A DNA stretch of 64,000 bases from Opitutaceae bacterium. Lineage in GTDB: Bacteria > Verrucomicrobiota > Verrucomicrobiia > Opitutales > Opitutaceae. Numbering within the stretch: the stretch's first letter is position 1; each line of letters opens with the position of its first letter. Where the stretch lies: contig PBMN01000025.1 in the NCBI GenBank assembly GCA_002722675.1, positions 47,267 through 111,266 on the forward strand, read 5' to 3'. A program made the translations under genes and the position numbers. Of this stretch, positions 31,445 through 42,054 are shown in pieces. The notes under the pieces are model-generated. The model saw only the letters and a program-made list of their open reading frames with translations. It did no database searches and had not been told where the DNA came from.

Positions 31445-34400
31445 ATAGAGCGATAGGTGATTCCAGATTTTGGCGACATCTGCCGCGGGCCTTCATCACC
31501 CTCTGCGGCCTTTTCATTTTTCACCTCCTATCGGGAGATTCTCTTGCCTCTTGGTCGATGCTCGGAATTGCCGTTCTGGCACTCTTTGCTCGAGCATCCG
31601 GTTCAATTAAAAGTCGCATCACCCGAATCGAGCTTTCCTTAGCCTCGACCGCTTGCGTTCTGTTTTTCCTTCAAGGCGGGTTCATCTCCCATTTCAATAG
31701 CCTAACCTTACCTCTCGTTGTAGCCACGACGGTCCTCCTCGTCGGCCTCAATGCTGTAAACCTCACGATCCCTCAAGGCCGGGTCATCGTCGTACCGATT
31801 CTCTTCATACTGTTCTTTGTCAGCCAGCGATACTTCCATCCTAATCTCAATTCTGAATTCACGAATCCACTTCTGGCCATAGGACTATTGGTCGCAGCCT
31901 GGGAACTGCTTTCTAGCGTCGTTCACACGAACCGAAACTCACCAACGATGGCCGAGGCAGGCGTTTGCATCGCGCTACTGTTTTTCTACTATCAAGAAAC
32001 GTCTCAGTTTCCCTCCGTCGCCCTAAAGTCTGCAGGCGTACTTCTCGCCTATTTTTTTGGATCGGCCCAAGCGATTGGTCAAATTGACTCCTATGCGGTA
32101 AAAAGTGGGATTGCGACAAAACCGCGTAATCCCCTTACGCACGCCCAAGTCATCAAGTCGTATTCATTTTTGTTGTTCACCGGTCTGTCCACATTCTTGT
32201 TGGCTGGCTGGATTATCTATGCCCAGGTACCTGAGCTACGCTTTCTGGCCTCGGTAGATTCTGAATCAAAGCCATTGGAAGTAGAGCAACGAAACCGCAT
32301 CGAACAGGTATTTTTCTCATTCAAAAATACTGAGCCTAAGGTCGCTGAACCGCTTAAACCCCTAAACATTAGCATTCTTGAAGATGCTTTGCGGCAAAGA
32401 AAGGTTACGGAAACACCCACTCACCGAGAGGTCATTGTACGTGAAGCCAATGACGGAAACACCTTTAACGTAGACAGGCGGTATACTGAGACAATCGAAA
32501 CTACACGGATTTCAAAAATTCCTTCCTTGCGCATCTCCCCCGTTCCCGCATCGCAACCACTTCCTCAATACAGTCTTTCCACAGATCTGGAAAGTAGCGG
32601 TACCCAGATTCCTTCAGAAACGATCCAGTACGATTTTGACATCAATCCAGAACGGGTCGAATTTTCGAGTGAGCTAAATGATACTAAAAGTGTGACCACG
32701 AGTTCCTCCGGCGGTCTCCTCCGCTTGGACTCGCCCCTACCCTCAACATTGGACCGATCCTCAACAATCCGCCCGCCCAATCAACCCGCAAGGCGGGAGA
32801 AACCGCAGAAACCCGGTCCGCGAGATGTACAACCCTCCGTCGGGTTCTCACCTGAACTCGAATTTGCGGACAATGTCAGTACTCATTTGAGGTCCAGACC
32901 GGTACTAGAAGTCTATCTGCCTGGATCTTCGAAGTGGGTGAACCGCCTTTACCTTCGTTTCAATACCCTCGAAGAAGTCGCAGTGGACCGCTTTGTTGAA
33001 ACGAGTCAACCCTCCAGTCGCATCCCGGTTACTAATCAGCCAGGGTGGAACGATGCCCCAGGGCCTTTCCGCTCAAAATCCGAGTCTTCGGATCCTTGGA
33101 CCCTTGCTCTCGGCTATCATTGGAGCGGCTCTATCCCCTTAATCGGTCCCTTTGATTCGATCAGAGCCCCGACAGGTTTCTCTATCTCCTCCGATGAAAC
33201 TTCGTTCACCTTACATCGCGATTCGGGTACCGGTCCATTCGCCTACCAATTTCGCGGTCCTAGCTTGTCGGATACGAGGCCTATCATTCATTCCGGGATT
33301 TCTTCTTCAGAAAGGGAGCGACTCACAAATCTGCCATTGAGCTCTTTGGAAATAAACTATCTGAAGCGACTTGGCAGAAAAATAGGTGGGAACAGCCCCT
33401 CGCCCAAAACCTTTGCCAAAAGGGTGCAATCCTACTTCGAAACCAACCACCCCTACTCGTTCGACTTCAAATTCAAATCGGGCGACGAGCATTTATTGAT
33501 AAGCTGGCTCAAAGCAAGGTCCCCAGGAATTTGTGGATACTACGCCGGGGCATTCACGTTACTGGCACGAGCTCAAGGCATTCCCGCTCGCGTAGTAATC
33601 GGCGTGCTGACTCGCGAATTCGATCCAAAGTCGCGAAAATTTATTGTTCGAGACAGAGACGCACACGCATGGGCCGAGTACCTCAATGAGAAAAACGAAT
33701 GGGTACGAGCGGACTTGACACCTATCTCAACCGACTCTATCAGATTCGCCTCCAGCGAATCCTACTCAGAAAGCTATGAGAATAACATTCAGTCGGCTTT
33801 AGCGTCCTTACATTACGATATCGAAATGTTTGGGCAACCCACAGTTGCAAACTCAGCTAGGGATATCGTCTTGCCTGAAGCGGACAAAGTGCCGAATGAA
33901 ATTGAAGCGTCGCCGCCTTCATTGGAAAGCATCGCCAGTGCTCTGGATCTAATTGACACCGTTCTGGAGCGAGAAAGCGAAATGGTGGTAATGTCTTTAG
34001 ATCCCGTAGCTGAACCCGCAGAACAATCGATGAAAACGGTTTCTCTTCAAACAGAAAAAAGCGTACCATTGGTTCAGTTTAATGAAACAAAATCTGAGCG
34101 TGAACAAGCCCCTGATGTCGAAATCTCGGAAACAATCGCTTCTAAACTAAAAACGATCGCTGATTCAGAACTACTAGCTGAGAGCTGGAGTCTGACACCG
34201 CGCGTCGCCATTAATTATCTTTTTGCGTTGATACTAATCGTATTCACTTTTTCCCAGCTTAGGAGAATCAGAAAACGAATAATGGAACCCGACCAATCGA
34301 CTCGAAATTTGCCTCCTCGAGACCGAGCCCATGCCGGCAGGCTATTGCGGGAAATCGAATCGTTCTTCCGATCGCACGGTGAATTAGCCGACCCGCTACA

Positions 34401-34506
34401 TCACTTAAAACAGAGGGCGTTACAGCTTCGATATAGCCCCTATTGTTCGGAGGCGGATGTACGGACACTTAGACAGGAATTTCGGCGCTCGATCGCCAAA
34501 ACGTAA
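31441..34506 (+). CDS. Membrane transglutaminase-like protein (TgpA-like)
   Basis: N-terminal TM block; Cys-His-Asp triad in GICGYYA..GIPARVVIG, AHAWAEY, DLTP; ATGA overlap with DUF58. Confidence 0.85.
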   Translation: MNRAIGDSRFWRHLPRAFITLCGLFIFHLLSGDSLASWSMLGIAVLALFARASGSIKSRITRIELSLASTACVLFFLQGGFISHFNSLTLPLVVATTVLLVGLNAVNLTIPQGRVIVVPILFILFFVSQRYFHPNLNSEFTNPLLAIGLLVAAWELLSSVVHTNRNSPTMAEAGVCIALLFFYYQETSQFPSVALKSAGVLLAYFFGSAQAIGQIDSYAVKSGIATKPRNPLTHAQVIKSYSFLLFTGLSTFLLAGWIIYAQVPELRFLASVDSESKPLEVEQRNRIEQVFFSFKNTEPKVAEPLKPLNISILEDALRQRKVTETPTHREVIVREANDGNTFNVDRRYTETIETTRISKIPSLRISPVPASQPLPQYSLSTDLESSGTQIPSETIQYDFDINPERVEFSSELNDTKSVTTSSSGGLLRLDSPLPSTLDRSSTIRPPNQPARREKPQKPGPRDVQPSVGFSPELEFADNVSTHLRSRPVLEVYLPGSSKWVNRLYLRFNTLEEVAVDRFVETSQPSSRIPVTNQPGWNDAPGPFRSKSESSDPWTLALGYHWSGSIPLIGPFDSIRAPTGFSISSDETSFTLHRDSGTGPFAYQFRGPSLSDTRPIIHSGISSSERERLTNLPLSSLEINYLKRLGRKIGGNSPSPKTFAKRVQSYFETNHPYSFDFKFKSGDEHLLISWLKARSPGICGYYAGAFTLLARAQGIPARVVIGVLTREFDPKSRKFIVRDRDAHAWAEYLNEKNEWVRADLTPISTDSIRFASSESYSESYENNIQSALASLHYDIEMFGQPTVANSARDIVLPEADKVPNEIEASPPSLESIASALDLIDTVLERESEMVVMSLDPVAEPAEQSMKTVSLQTEKSVPLVQFNETKSEREQAPDVEISETIASKLKTIADSELLAESWSLTPRVAINYLFALILIVFTFSQLRRIRKRIMEPDQSTRNLPPRDRAHAGRLLREIESFFRSHGELADPLHHLKQRALQLRYSPYCSEADVRTLRQEFRRSIAKT

Positions 34507-34565
34507 ATTTGCCGTTTCGAGTACGAGTCTAAGGGTCCGTGCAGAAGCACCCGTAGAAGGGCACT

Positions 34566-35585
34566 CTACTTTTCGAAATCAATCACAACCTTAATCGACC
34601 CGTCTTGCCGATCTACAAATAGCTCATAGGCCCTCTGGGCTTCGTCAAAGGGCAGAGAGTGAGTCAGCAGAGGTTTAAGGTCGACCTCTTGCTCAGCAAT
34701 CATCCGTGCGGCCTCAAGGAAGTCGCCAGCATCCTTTGCCCCCACCGAGTGATGGATCGTCATATTCTTCATAAACGCTTTCCCCAGCGCATAGTGGTCT
34801 CGATAATTGTAATCTACTACGCCAAATGCGAACAGAACCCCATCGACACGGACCAATTCGATCGCTTCATTAATAGCCAGTTCGGCATGTCCGATGGCTT
34901 CAATTACAATGTCGGCCAGTACTCCGCCGGTTAGTTCGGAAACCGCTTCCAGAATATCGGTTTCGGTCGCATTAATCGTATAATCGGCCCCTACGACACG
35001 ACCCGTCTCTAGTCGGTACTGAAGTCGATCAATTCCAATTACGGCCGCCGCCCCTTTTTTTTTCAACAAGGCATTGAACATGAGCCCGATCGGCCCTTGG
35101 CCAAGGACCACTACCGTTTTTCCAACGACGTCTGGCATCTTTCGCCATGCGTAGAGCAATGTCCCAAAGGGTTGGGTTAGTAGGAGTTCTTCCTTGGAAA
35201 CGGGGCTTTCAGGCAACGAAAAAACACGATTTTCCGGCAGTGTCAGGTATTCGAAAAATCCGTACTGATGAAACGGAAGGCCTAGCACGAAGTCGCCTTC
35301 GTTAAATCGATTGGACGCAGACTCCTCCACGACACCCACACACTCATGTAAGGAAAGCCCAACCGGCAATGGGTAAACCTTTTCGTGTTCATAGGTTACG
35401 TGCCCATAGGGGCTTCGCTTGCCTTCGTCACTCAATCGCTGCTGGTCGTAACCAAAGTAGGGAATGTCCGAGCCGCATAGACAGGTCTTCTGCAGCTTCA
35501 CACGGACATCTCCGGGCTTTAGTGGGGGAATCTCAACTTCAATAATTTCCGCTGTGCGCGGTCCTGTAATTTGTACGGCTCTCAC
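34566..35585 (-). CDS. Zinc-dependent MDR-family (threonine/sugar-alcohol-type) dehydrogenase
   Basis: CGSD, LHE, GQGPIG Rossmann motif; lacks the 4-Cys structural zinc loop. GTG start at 35585 preferred. Confidence 0.88.
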   Translation of the reverse strand: MRAVQITGPRTAEIIEVEIPPLKPGDVRVKLQKTCLCGSDIPYFGYDQQRLSDEGKRSPYGHVTYEHEKVYPLPVGLSLHECVGVVEESASNRFNEGDFVLGLPFHQYGFFEYLTLPENRVFSLPESPVSKEELLLTQPFGTLLYAWRKMPDVVGKTVVVLGQGPIGLMFNALLKKKGAAAVIGIDRLQYRLETGRVVGADYTINATETDILEAVSELTGGVLADIVIEAIGHAELAINEAIELVRVDGVLFAFGVVDYNYRDHYALGKAFMKNMTIHHSVGAKDAGDFLEAARMIAEQEVDLKPLLTHSLPFDEAQRAYELFVDRQDGSIKVVIDFEK

Positions 35586-35847
35586 GGATCGAATTGAGCC
35601 CAATCCAATCCGGCAATGCAACTCCAGAAGTGATTCGATCGTTCTGTCAAGTCGACCTAATCGCATAGTCCTCTCAATTCACCAGACACAAGACCTAAGC
35701 GATCCATGTAGAAAAATCAATCAGCCCTTTGTTCTACCTCGTTCTTTAAGTCTTATTCTTATCCACTGAGCATATAAGATAGACACGAGATCTTTCCCCC
35801 TTTCCTAATCTTGATATTACTTCCACTTTATATCCCACCACTTCCCA

Positions 35848-37707
35848 ATGTCACTGATCCGCAATCTGATACTTTACACGCTAATACTCGCTGCGACCTC
35901 GACGCTGGCGGCCCCACGCGAACCCAAGAACCTCGCCGAAAAGTTTTTTTTCAAACCCGACATTGAAGATGCCCGCGTTTCACCGGGGAACCACTCGCTT
36001 TCCTTTATTGGGAATAATGGTCAGCGAGCCCTGTTCAGCCACGATTTTGAAACAGGAAAACGCCGCAGCATAAAAGCAGAAAGAGGAAACCAGATTTATG
36101 ACTACTATTGGGTCAGTCCAGATCAGGTCATTGTCTTTGCCGAGAAGCTTGGAATCGCTGCCGAAGTGTTCTCGGTTAACAGACGCCTGAGCGCCGTAGA
36201 GCCCTGCGAATATGTGCAAGTTTACGACCTCATGCCTGACATTCCAGACCGGATTCTCATCAAGGACACCGACAAGAGTGAAAAGTTTTTCGATCTAGAG
36301 CTTTTCAATCTCGATTCCGGATCGCGCAAAAGGGTCGCTAAAAATCCAGGATACGTCATCAGTTGGATTACGGATAAGAACGGTTTTGTGAGGATTCGCC
36401 AGTGGGTAGATGAAGACGAAAATGACCGATTCGAATATCGACTCAATGAGGAAGCAGAGTGGAAAGAGATCCATCTCGGAACCGACTCCTTCGGGATCCT
36501 ATTTCTAAATGAGCCAGAGAAAGTCCTTTCCTTTCACCGCCCCGCAGGCAAAAGCCGAGTGATCGCTCAGGCCTTCGACTGCGCTCGGAATGAATTCTAC
36601 GGCCCGAGTATCGAAGACTCCGATTACGACCTTGTTCCCGAGACCTTTATACTCGACCCCGAGACCGAAGACACTTTTGGCTTTAGCTACCAGTCCGATC
36701 GCCGCCGGACCATTTGGTTCAAACATGAGCACCATGCAATTCAAGAGAAAATCAACGCGGCTTTTCCCCACACCTTGAACGACATTAAAGGCTTTGCTCT
36801 TGATGAAACGCATGCGGTCATACGCCGATACAGTGACCGCAATCCGGGTGTATGGCTGCTTTTCGAGATCGATACCGGCCACACGAAACTAATTGGAGAG
36901 GAGCGGCCTTGGATCGATCCCGCAGAAACGGCCTCTACCAAATCGATCACTTTCCCTAATCGCGAAGGCACGCCGATTCACGCCCTTCTCACTCAACCGC
37001 CTCATGGCGTTGCCCCGAAAGGCATCTTTACCATGATACACGGTGGACCCCGAGCGAGAGACTATTGGGAATGGGATAGCGAGGCTCAGTATTTTGCGGC
37101 ACTCGGATACACTGTGTTGAAAATCAACTACAGAGGCTCGAGCGATTATGGCCTCAAGTACAGTCCCTATAGTCATCTCGAAGCGATTCAAAAGTCTATC
37201 GTAGATGTCGCGGACGGTGTTCGCTGGGCCATTGATGAAGGCTTTTCAAAGTCCGGTAAAGCTGCTATCTATGGCTCCAGTTTTGGGGGCCATGTAGCTC
37301 TGAGAACCGCAGCCGAATACCCCGAGCTGTTTTCCTGCGTCATCGGCTACGCCGGTGTCTATGACTGGGTCAAGGAAATGGATCGTGAATTCGCTAAAGA
37401 ACCGATCTACTGGAAGCTGAAGCAATTCAAGTACTACGGCGACTACCACAACGAAAAGGAGCTATGGCAGAACGCCTCCGCCGTTACCCTCGCCAACAAG
37501 ATCCAAGCTCCTGTTTACCTCCTCCACGGAGGCGCCGATGAAATCGTCGCCTCCCGGCAATCTCGACTCATGCACAAAGCCCTCAAAAACGCGGGCAAGG
37601 ATGTGACATTAAAGATCCTCAGCTTCAACAACCACGGAATGGTCTCCGAGAGACCCACCATCCGCTTCTACGAAAACCTGGCGAAGTTTATCGGGCACAC
37701 TTTGTAA
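35848..37707 (+). CDS. S9 family (prolyl oligopeptidase/acylaminoacyl) peptidase
   Basis: Signal peptide, HGGP, NYRGS, GSSFGG nucleophile, HGGADEIV, C-terminal His. Confidence 0.9.
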   Translation: MSLIRNLILYTLILAATSTLAAPREPKNLAEKFFFKPDIEDARVSPGNHSLSFIGNNGQRALFSHDFETGKRRSIKAERGNQIYDYYWVSPDQVIVFAEKLGIAAEVFSVNRRLSAVEPCEYVQVYDLMPDIPDRILIKDTDKSEKFFDLELFNLDSGSRKRVAKNPGYVISWITDKNGFVRIRQWVDEDENDRFEYRLNEEAEWKEIHLGTDSFGILFLNEPEKVLSFHRPAGKSRVIAQAFDCARNEFYGPSIEDSDYDLVPETFILDPETEDTFGFSYQSDRRRTIWFKHEHHAIQEKINAAFPHTLNDIKGFALDETHAVIRRYSDRNPGVWLLFEIDTGHTKLIGEERPWIDPAETASTKSITFPNREGTPIHALLTQPPHGVAPKGIFTMIHGGPRARDYWEWDSEAQYFAALGYTVLKINYRGSSDYGLKYSPYSHLEAIQKSIVDVADGVRWAIDEGFSKSGKAAIYGSSFGGHVALRTAAEYPELFSCVIGYAGVYDWVKEMDREFAKEPIYWKLKQFKYYGDYHNEKELWQNASAVTLANKIQAPVYLLHGGADEIVASRQSRLMHKALKNAGKDVTLKILSFNNHGMVSERPTIRFYENLAKFIGHTL

Positions 37708-37921
37708 TACTATTGAATGACAGAAAAGCCGACCTCGCAAGTTCTTTCAGGAAAATAAACGCCCCTTCTCTACGCGAGCAGTCTATCCAGCGTAAAAAAT
37801 TCTCGATCATTCTAAGGCCAACCAGCGTTCGTGATCTACCTGATTTAGGCAACTCCCTGATTGATAAAGGAATCCGAAACTATTTCTTCCAACCATCCAT
37901 GTCGCTCCGAGAGGAAACCGA

Positions 37922-38887
37922 CTACTCCAACCCGCAGGCCTTGCGCGCTCTTTGATTCACACTCCGCGCTATTTCTCGAGCTTTCTCTGCCCCGTTAGCA
38001 AGCACCTGGTCCACGTAGTCTAGATTTTGCATGAGATCTGTCCGGCGCTCTCGAGCCGGACGAAAGTCCTCCCAGTAAAGTTCAAACAGCCGCCTCTTCA
38101 GGTCTCCGTACCCATAGCCTCCTGCTTTCAGTTTTTCGACTTCCTCTCTGTAGATCTCGGGGGTGGTTAAATGTTTGATCAACTGAATGGCTCGGTTCTC
38201 TTCTGCATCCGGCTTAGGCTCGTCTGGAGAACGGCTGTCCATGACGATGCTCATCAGTCGCTTTCGGGTCGGTTTCTCCTCTCCAAAGATCTCTACGGTA
38301 TTATTGTAGCTCTTGCTCATTTTCTGTCCATCGAGGCCAGGAATGACTTCCGCTCCTTCACGAAATGCAGGTTCGGGGACCCTGAAGGTCTCTCCATACA
38401 ACTGATTGAACTTGATGGCGAGATCGCGAGTCACCTCGACGTGTTGCTTCTGGTCACGCCCAACCGGCACGCTGTCAGCATCGTAAATGAGAATATCTGC
38501 CGCCATGAGGACCGGGTAGGCAAAGAGCCCGTGATTAGCGGAAAGGCCTTTGGCGATTTTGTCCTTGTAACTGTGGCAACGCTCCAGGAGACCCATAGGG
38601 CAAATCGAGGACAGTATCCAGGATAGCTCTACGTGTTCTGGAACATCTGACTGTTTAAACAGCACCGCCTTCTTCGGATCCAAGCCACAGGCCAAAAAAT
38701 CGATTGCCACCTGCCGTGTGTATTCACGCCTCAAATTCGCATCGTAGAGCGAGGTCATGGAATGATAGTCCGCGATGAAGTAAAACGCGTCTCCTTGATC
38801 CTGAAGCTCGATCGACGGCTTCATCATTCCAAAATAGTTCCCCACATGGAGGACGCCTGATGGCTGTATACCAGAGAGTATTCTCAT
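37922..38887 (-). CDS. trpS: Tryptophan--tRNA ligase
   Basis: SGIQPSG, HVGN, YPVLMAADI, DQKQH, KMSKS. Confidence 0.97.
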   Translation of the reverse strand: MRILSGIQPSGVLHVGNYFGMMKPSIELQDQGDAFYFIADYHSMTSLYDANLRREYTRQVAIDFLACGLDPKKAVLFKQSDVPEHVELSWILSSICPMGLLERCHSYKDKIAKGLSANHGLFAYPVLMAADILIYDADSVPVGRDQKQHVEVTRDLAIKFNQLYGETFRVPEPAFREGAEVIPGLDGQKMSKSYNNTVEIFGEEKPTRKRLMSIVMDSRSPDEPKPDAEENRAIQLIKHLTTPEIYREEVEKLKAGGYGYGDLKRRLFELYWEDFRPARERRTDLMQNLDYVDQVLANGAEKAREIARSVNQRARKACGLE

Positions 38888-38988
38888 AATTTAGTTCGGC
38901 ATTTAAGTAGAGACCCGCAACGACCAGATCAACCCAGATCTTCATTTTCTCGGGAGATAGGAAACGAGGTAAAACCAAGCCCAGCGAC

Positions 38989-39031
38989 AAAAAAAAGAAC
39001 GGGTCAAGGTTGCTGGAGGCAACCTAGCCCG
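38989..39031 (-). terminator. Rho-independent terminator about 100 bp upstream of trpS
   Basis: Minus strand CGGGCTAGGTTGC-ctcca-GCAACCTTGACCCG then TTC-T8. Confidence 0.7.
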
Positions 39032-39352
39032 ACTTGAAGGGGTCTTCGAATCTCGCCTATGCGACATTGGCTCAGTTTGTTGTTCACTGCCCAGCTTCAT
39101 TGCGCGGCCCCAATAATGATAGACATTTTCGGCTTTAAAACCGACCTATATTCGAAGCACGAATCCTGACATTCTCTCGGGTTAGGAAACAATGAAGATT
39201 TCGAATGAGGTCTATGGTCATTAAAATGATACCTCAGAGAACCATCCCCCGAAGGGAACCGAGGCGAAATGTTAAGGCCCTGAGGGCCCGAATCAATCTT
39301 CCATCGAGGGCCCGTCGTCGTTCCGTAGCCGCTAATCTCGTCCAGCGCCCCA

Positions 39353-40030
39353 CTAATCTTTCAACGGCATCTTCCGATGCCTGTCTTTTCCTACGTATAC
39401 CTGGCCTGGCCCCAGGTACCCGGAAAAGCTGGTAGTAGGACCAATCAGGGATCCTTTACTCACTATTGATCCTGGCATTAGGGCGGAATTGCAGCCAATT
39501 TCTGCGTTGTCCCCCAAAATGGCTCCAAACTTCCGCAGGCCCGTGTCAACCCGTTCCCCGTCGAGGTTTACTAGAATACTCTGCTGGTCGAAACGCAGGT
39601 TCGAAAGAATCACCCCTGCCCCCAAATGGGCACTCTTCCCCAAGATCGAGTCGCCCACGTAGGAAAAGTGCGGCGTTTGGGTCTTCTCCATTAGCAGAGC
39701 ATTCTTGTACTCGCAGGAATTTCCAATAACGCTGCCCGCCCCGATGATTACGTTTCCGCGAATGTAGGCGCTCGGGCGGATCTCCACTCCATCGCCGATC
39801 CAGCAAGGTCCTTTGATGAAGCAATAGGGGGGCAGTTTGACAGAATCTCCCAGATGAACCTCACCCTCGATATGAACACCTGCAGGGAGTTCACGGATAG
39901 CCGTATTGCCCACCAATCCTGAAAGTGCTTCCTTGATCTTTGGCAGCCAATCCCACGGTCTGGCTTCTTGATGAAAAAAATCCTGAAACGGCATGCTCTC
40001 AGGTAAATCAAAAAACTCTGCGGCAATCAC
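39353..40030 (-). CDS. Stand-alone left-handed beta-helix acyltransferase resembling the archaeal GlmU C-terminal domain
   Basis: Hexapeptide repeats; HFSYVGDSILG, NLRFD, TGLRKFGAILGD; no nucleotidyltransferase domain. Confidence 0.8.
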   Translation of the reverse strand: MIAAEFFDLPESMPFQDFFHQEARPWDWLPKIKEALSGLVGNTAIRELPAGVHIEGEVHLGDSVKLPPYCFIKGPCWIGDGVEIRPSAYIRGNVIIGAGSVIGNSCEYKNALLMEKTQTPHFSYVGDSILGKSAHLGAGVILSNLRFDQQSILVNLDGERVDTGLRKFGAILGDNAEIGCNSALMPGSIVSKGSLIGPTTSFSGYLGPGQVYVGKDRHRKMPLKD

Positions 40031-40345
40031 GAACCGAAACCTAGAGCCTCGAACCAATTCCTCAAGCGAATGTTCTCCTAAATTCGAATATTAACCAAGA
40101 GTTAGCTAGTTCCTATGTTTTTCTTCGCAAAAGCACCGAAACACTTGAAGCTAGTGGGTGATCTCCAAGCACCCGCAACTCACCAATCATCATAGTTAGT
40201 GGGACAATCGGGGGTCAGCCGTTTGGTAATCCGGTTGAAAAACTCCGGCTAGCCAGGGCAACAGAACCAACTGAAAAACGACACCTTATAACAGAACAAA
40301 AAATTCCACGAAAAGCGGACAATCAGCCTTGCTCGGACCAGAAAA

Positions 40346-40421
<76 letters not shown>

Positions 40422-40576
40422 AAATAAAAGAAAGCAAAATCCATTTCCATACCGCTAAGTCAATAGAAAATTCCAGATTTTGACATTTGGCATTGTACTA
40501 ACGGCAGACCTTTTCAGGTACCATCAGAGGCTGTTGATCCTGCTTTAGCTGATTAGTAATCCGCAACCTTGCTCCG

Positions 40577-41941
40577 TCACCGATCCACCACATCCAGTTC
40601 AGGCCATTGCTGCAGCTTGCGGTGAAGTGTGCGGCGACTGATACCCATCAGCTTTGCTGCCTTCGTTCGATTCCCCTTGGAATCCGCCAAGGCCTCACGC
40701 AGCAAACGCTTTTCATTCTCTTCCTTATCCAAAGGTGAAACGACCACCCGCTCCCCATCGATCCTAAGCGACTCTCCACGGAATTTTGCTTCTAAGTCGT
40801 AATCGTGAATTACACTTCCCCGGTGAAGCACCACCGCGTTCTCTGCGAAATTCCGAAGTTCGCGAATATTTCCCGGCCACGAGTATCGCCGCAGGCATTG
40901 CATCGCACCTGTCTCAAAAGTCGGGGCCTCAATTTCGTTCTCTTCGGCGAACTCCAGCAAAAAGTGATTCAAAAGCACCGGTAGATCCTCACTGCGATCC
41001 CTAAGTGGAGGCATCCCAATCTGCACCACATTCAATCGGAAGTACAAGTCTTCTCTGAACGCCCCTTCCCGCACCATCTCCTGTAAGTCCCTGTTGGTGG
41101 CTGCAATCAGGCGCATGTCTACTGTAATGGATTTAGAACTACCAATGCGCTCAAACGTACGCTGTTCTAAAAAACGGAGCAGTTTGACCTGAGTCGACAA
41201 ACTGATCTCGCCGATTTCGTCCAAAAACAGACTTCCTTCGTTAGCCAGTTCAAACCGGCCGATCCGACGCTCCGTCGCCCCTGTGAAGGCGCCCTTCTCG
41301 TGCCCAAACAGTTCGCTTTCCAGTAGGTTAGCAGGCAGTGCCGCGCAATGGACCGCAACAAAGGGACCTTGCGGCCGATTGCTGTTTTGGTGGATCGCTT
41401 GCGCGATTCGCTCCTTACCCGTACCTGTCTCACCCTCTATCAATACACTCGCTTTCGAAGGTGCTACTAGCTTCACCCGCTCGATGACATTCTTCAGCTC
41501 AGCCGAATTTCCTATAATACCATCAAAACTGTACTTCACATCCAGTCGTTCGTGTAGTTGTTCGACCTCCACCTGGAGTGTTTTCGACTCAAGAGCGCGT
41601 TTCGCTTGTATTTCCAATTTTTCCAAATTGACCGGTTTCGTAAGGAAATCATAGGCCCCACGCTTCATCGCCTCAACCGCTGATGGCACATTTCCATACG
41701 CCGTCATCATGATAACCGGTGGTCTGTTTTTTAGTGCCAACGCTTTATCAATGACCTTGAGACCCGACTTTCCGGGCATTCGCAAATCCGTCAGAATCAA
41801 ATCGAACGTCTCACTCTCCATAAGCGTGAACGCCTGATCCGCATTCTCTGCCAAATAGATGTCGTACTGATCCTCAAGAACTTGCTGGAGCCCCTCGCGA
41901 GTGTGGCGTTCGTCATCGACAATCAAAACAGTTGGTAGCAT
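40577..41941 (-). CDS. Sigma54-dependent response regulator (NtrC/AtoC family)
   Basis: REC domain (DD, DLRMP), GETGTGKE, GAFTGA, FREDLYFRL, WPGNIREL, Fis-type HTH. Confidence 0.95.
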   Translation of the reverse strand: MLPTVLIVDDERHTREGLQQVLEDQYDIYLAENADQAFTLMESETFDLILTDLRMPGKSGLKVIDKALALKNRPPVIMMTAYGNVPSAVEAMKRGAYDFLTKPVNLEKLEIQAKRALESKTLQVEVEQLHERLDVKYSFDGIIGNSAELKNVIERVKLVAPSKASVLIEGETGTGKERIAQAIHQNSNRPQGPFVAVHCAALPANLLESELFGHEKGAFTGATERRIGRFELANEGSLFLDEIGEISLSTQVKLLRFLEQRTFERIGSSKSITVDMRLIAATNRDLQEMVREGAFREDLYFRLNVVQIGMPPLRDRSEDLPVLLNHFLLEFAEENEIEAPTFETGAMQCLRRYSWPGNIRELRNFAENAVVLHRGSVIHDYDLEAKFRGESLRIDGERVVVSPLDKEENEKRLLREALADSKGNRTKAAKLMGISRRTLHRKLQQWPELDVVDR

Positions 41942-42054
41942 ATCGTCTGGTAAGAACCTGAACCCATAAGGTCAATGAGTAATTATGACGCAGTTGTTCA
42001 ACGGATGCTAACAGTACAAGCCCCGGGGCAATTCGGTGCAGAGCTTAGCACCCT

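Noticed and set aside
38890-39100. T-box or Trp leader-peptide attenuator for trpS
   Set aside because: No T-box consensus; the only Trp codons in the short ORF lie after the terminator.
27852-40345. Genomic island between the two tRNAs
   Set aside because: No integrase, no visible duplicated tRNA 3' end, and the region includes trpS.
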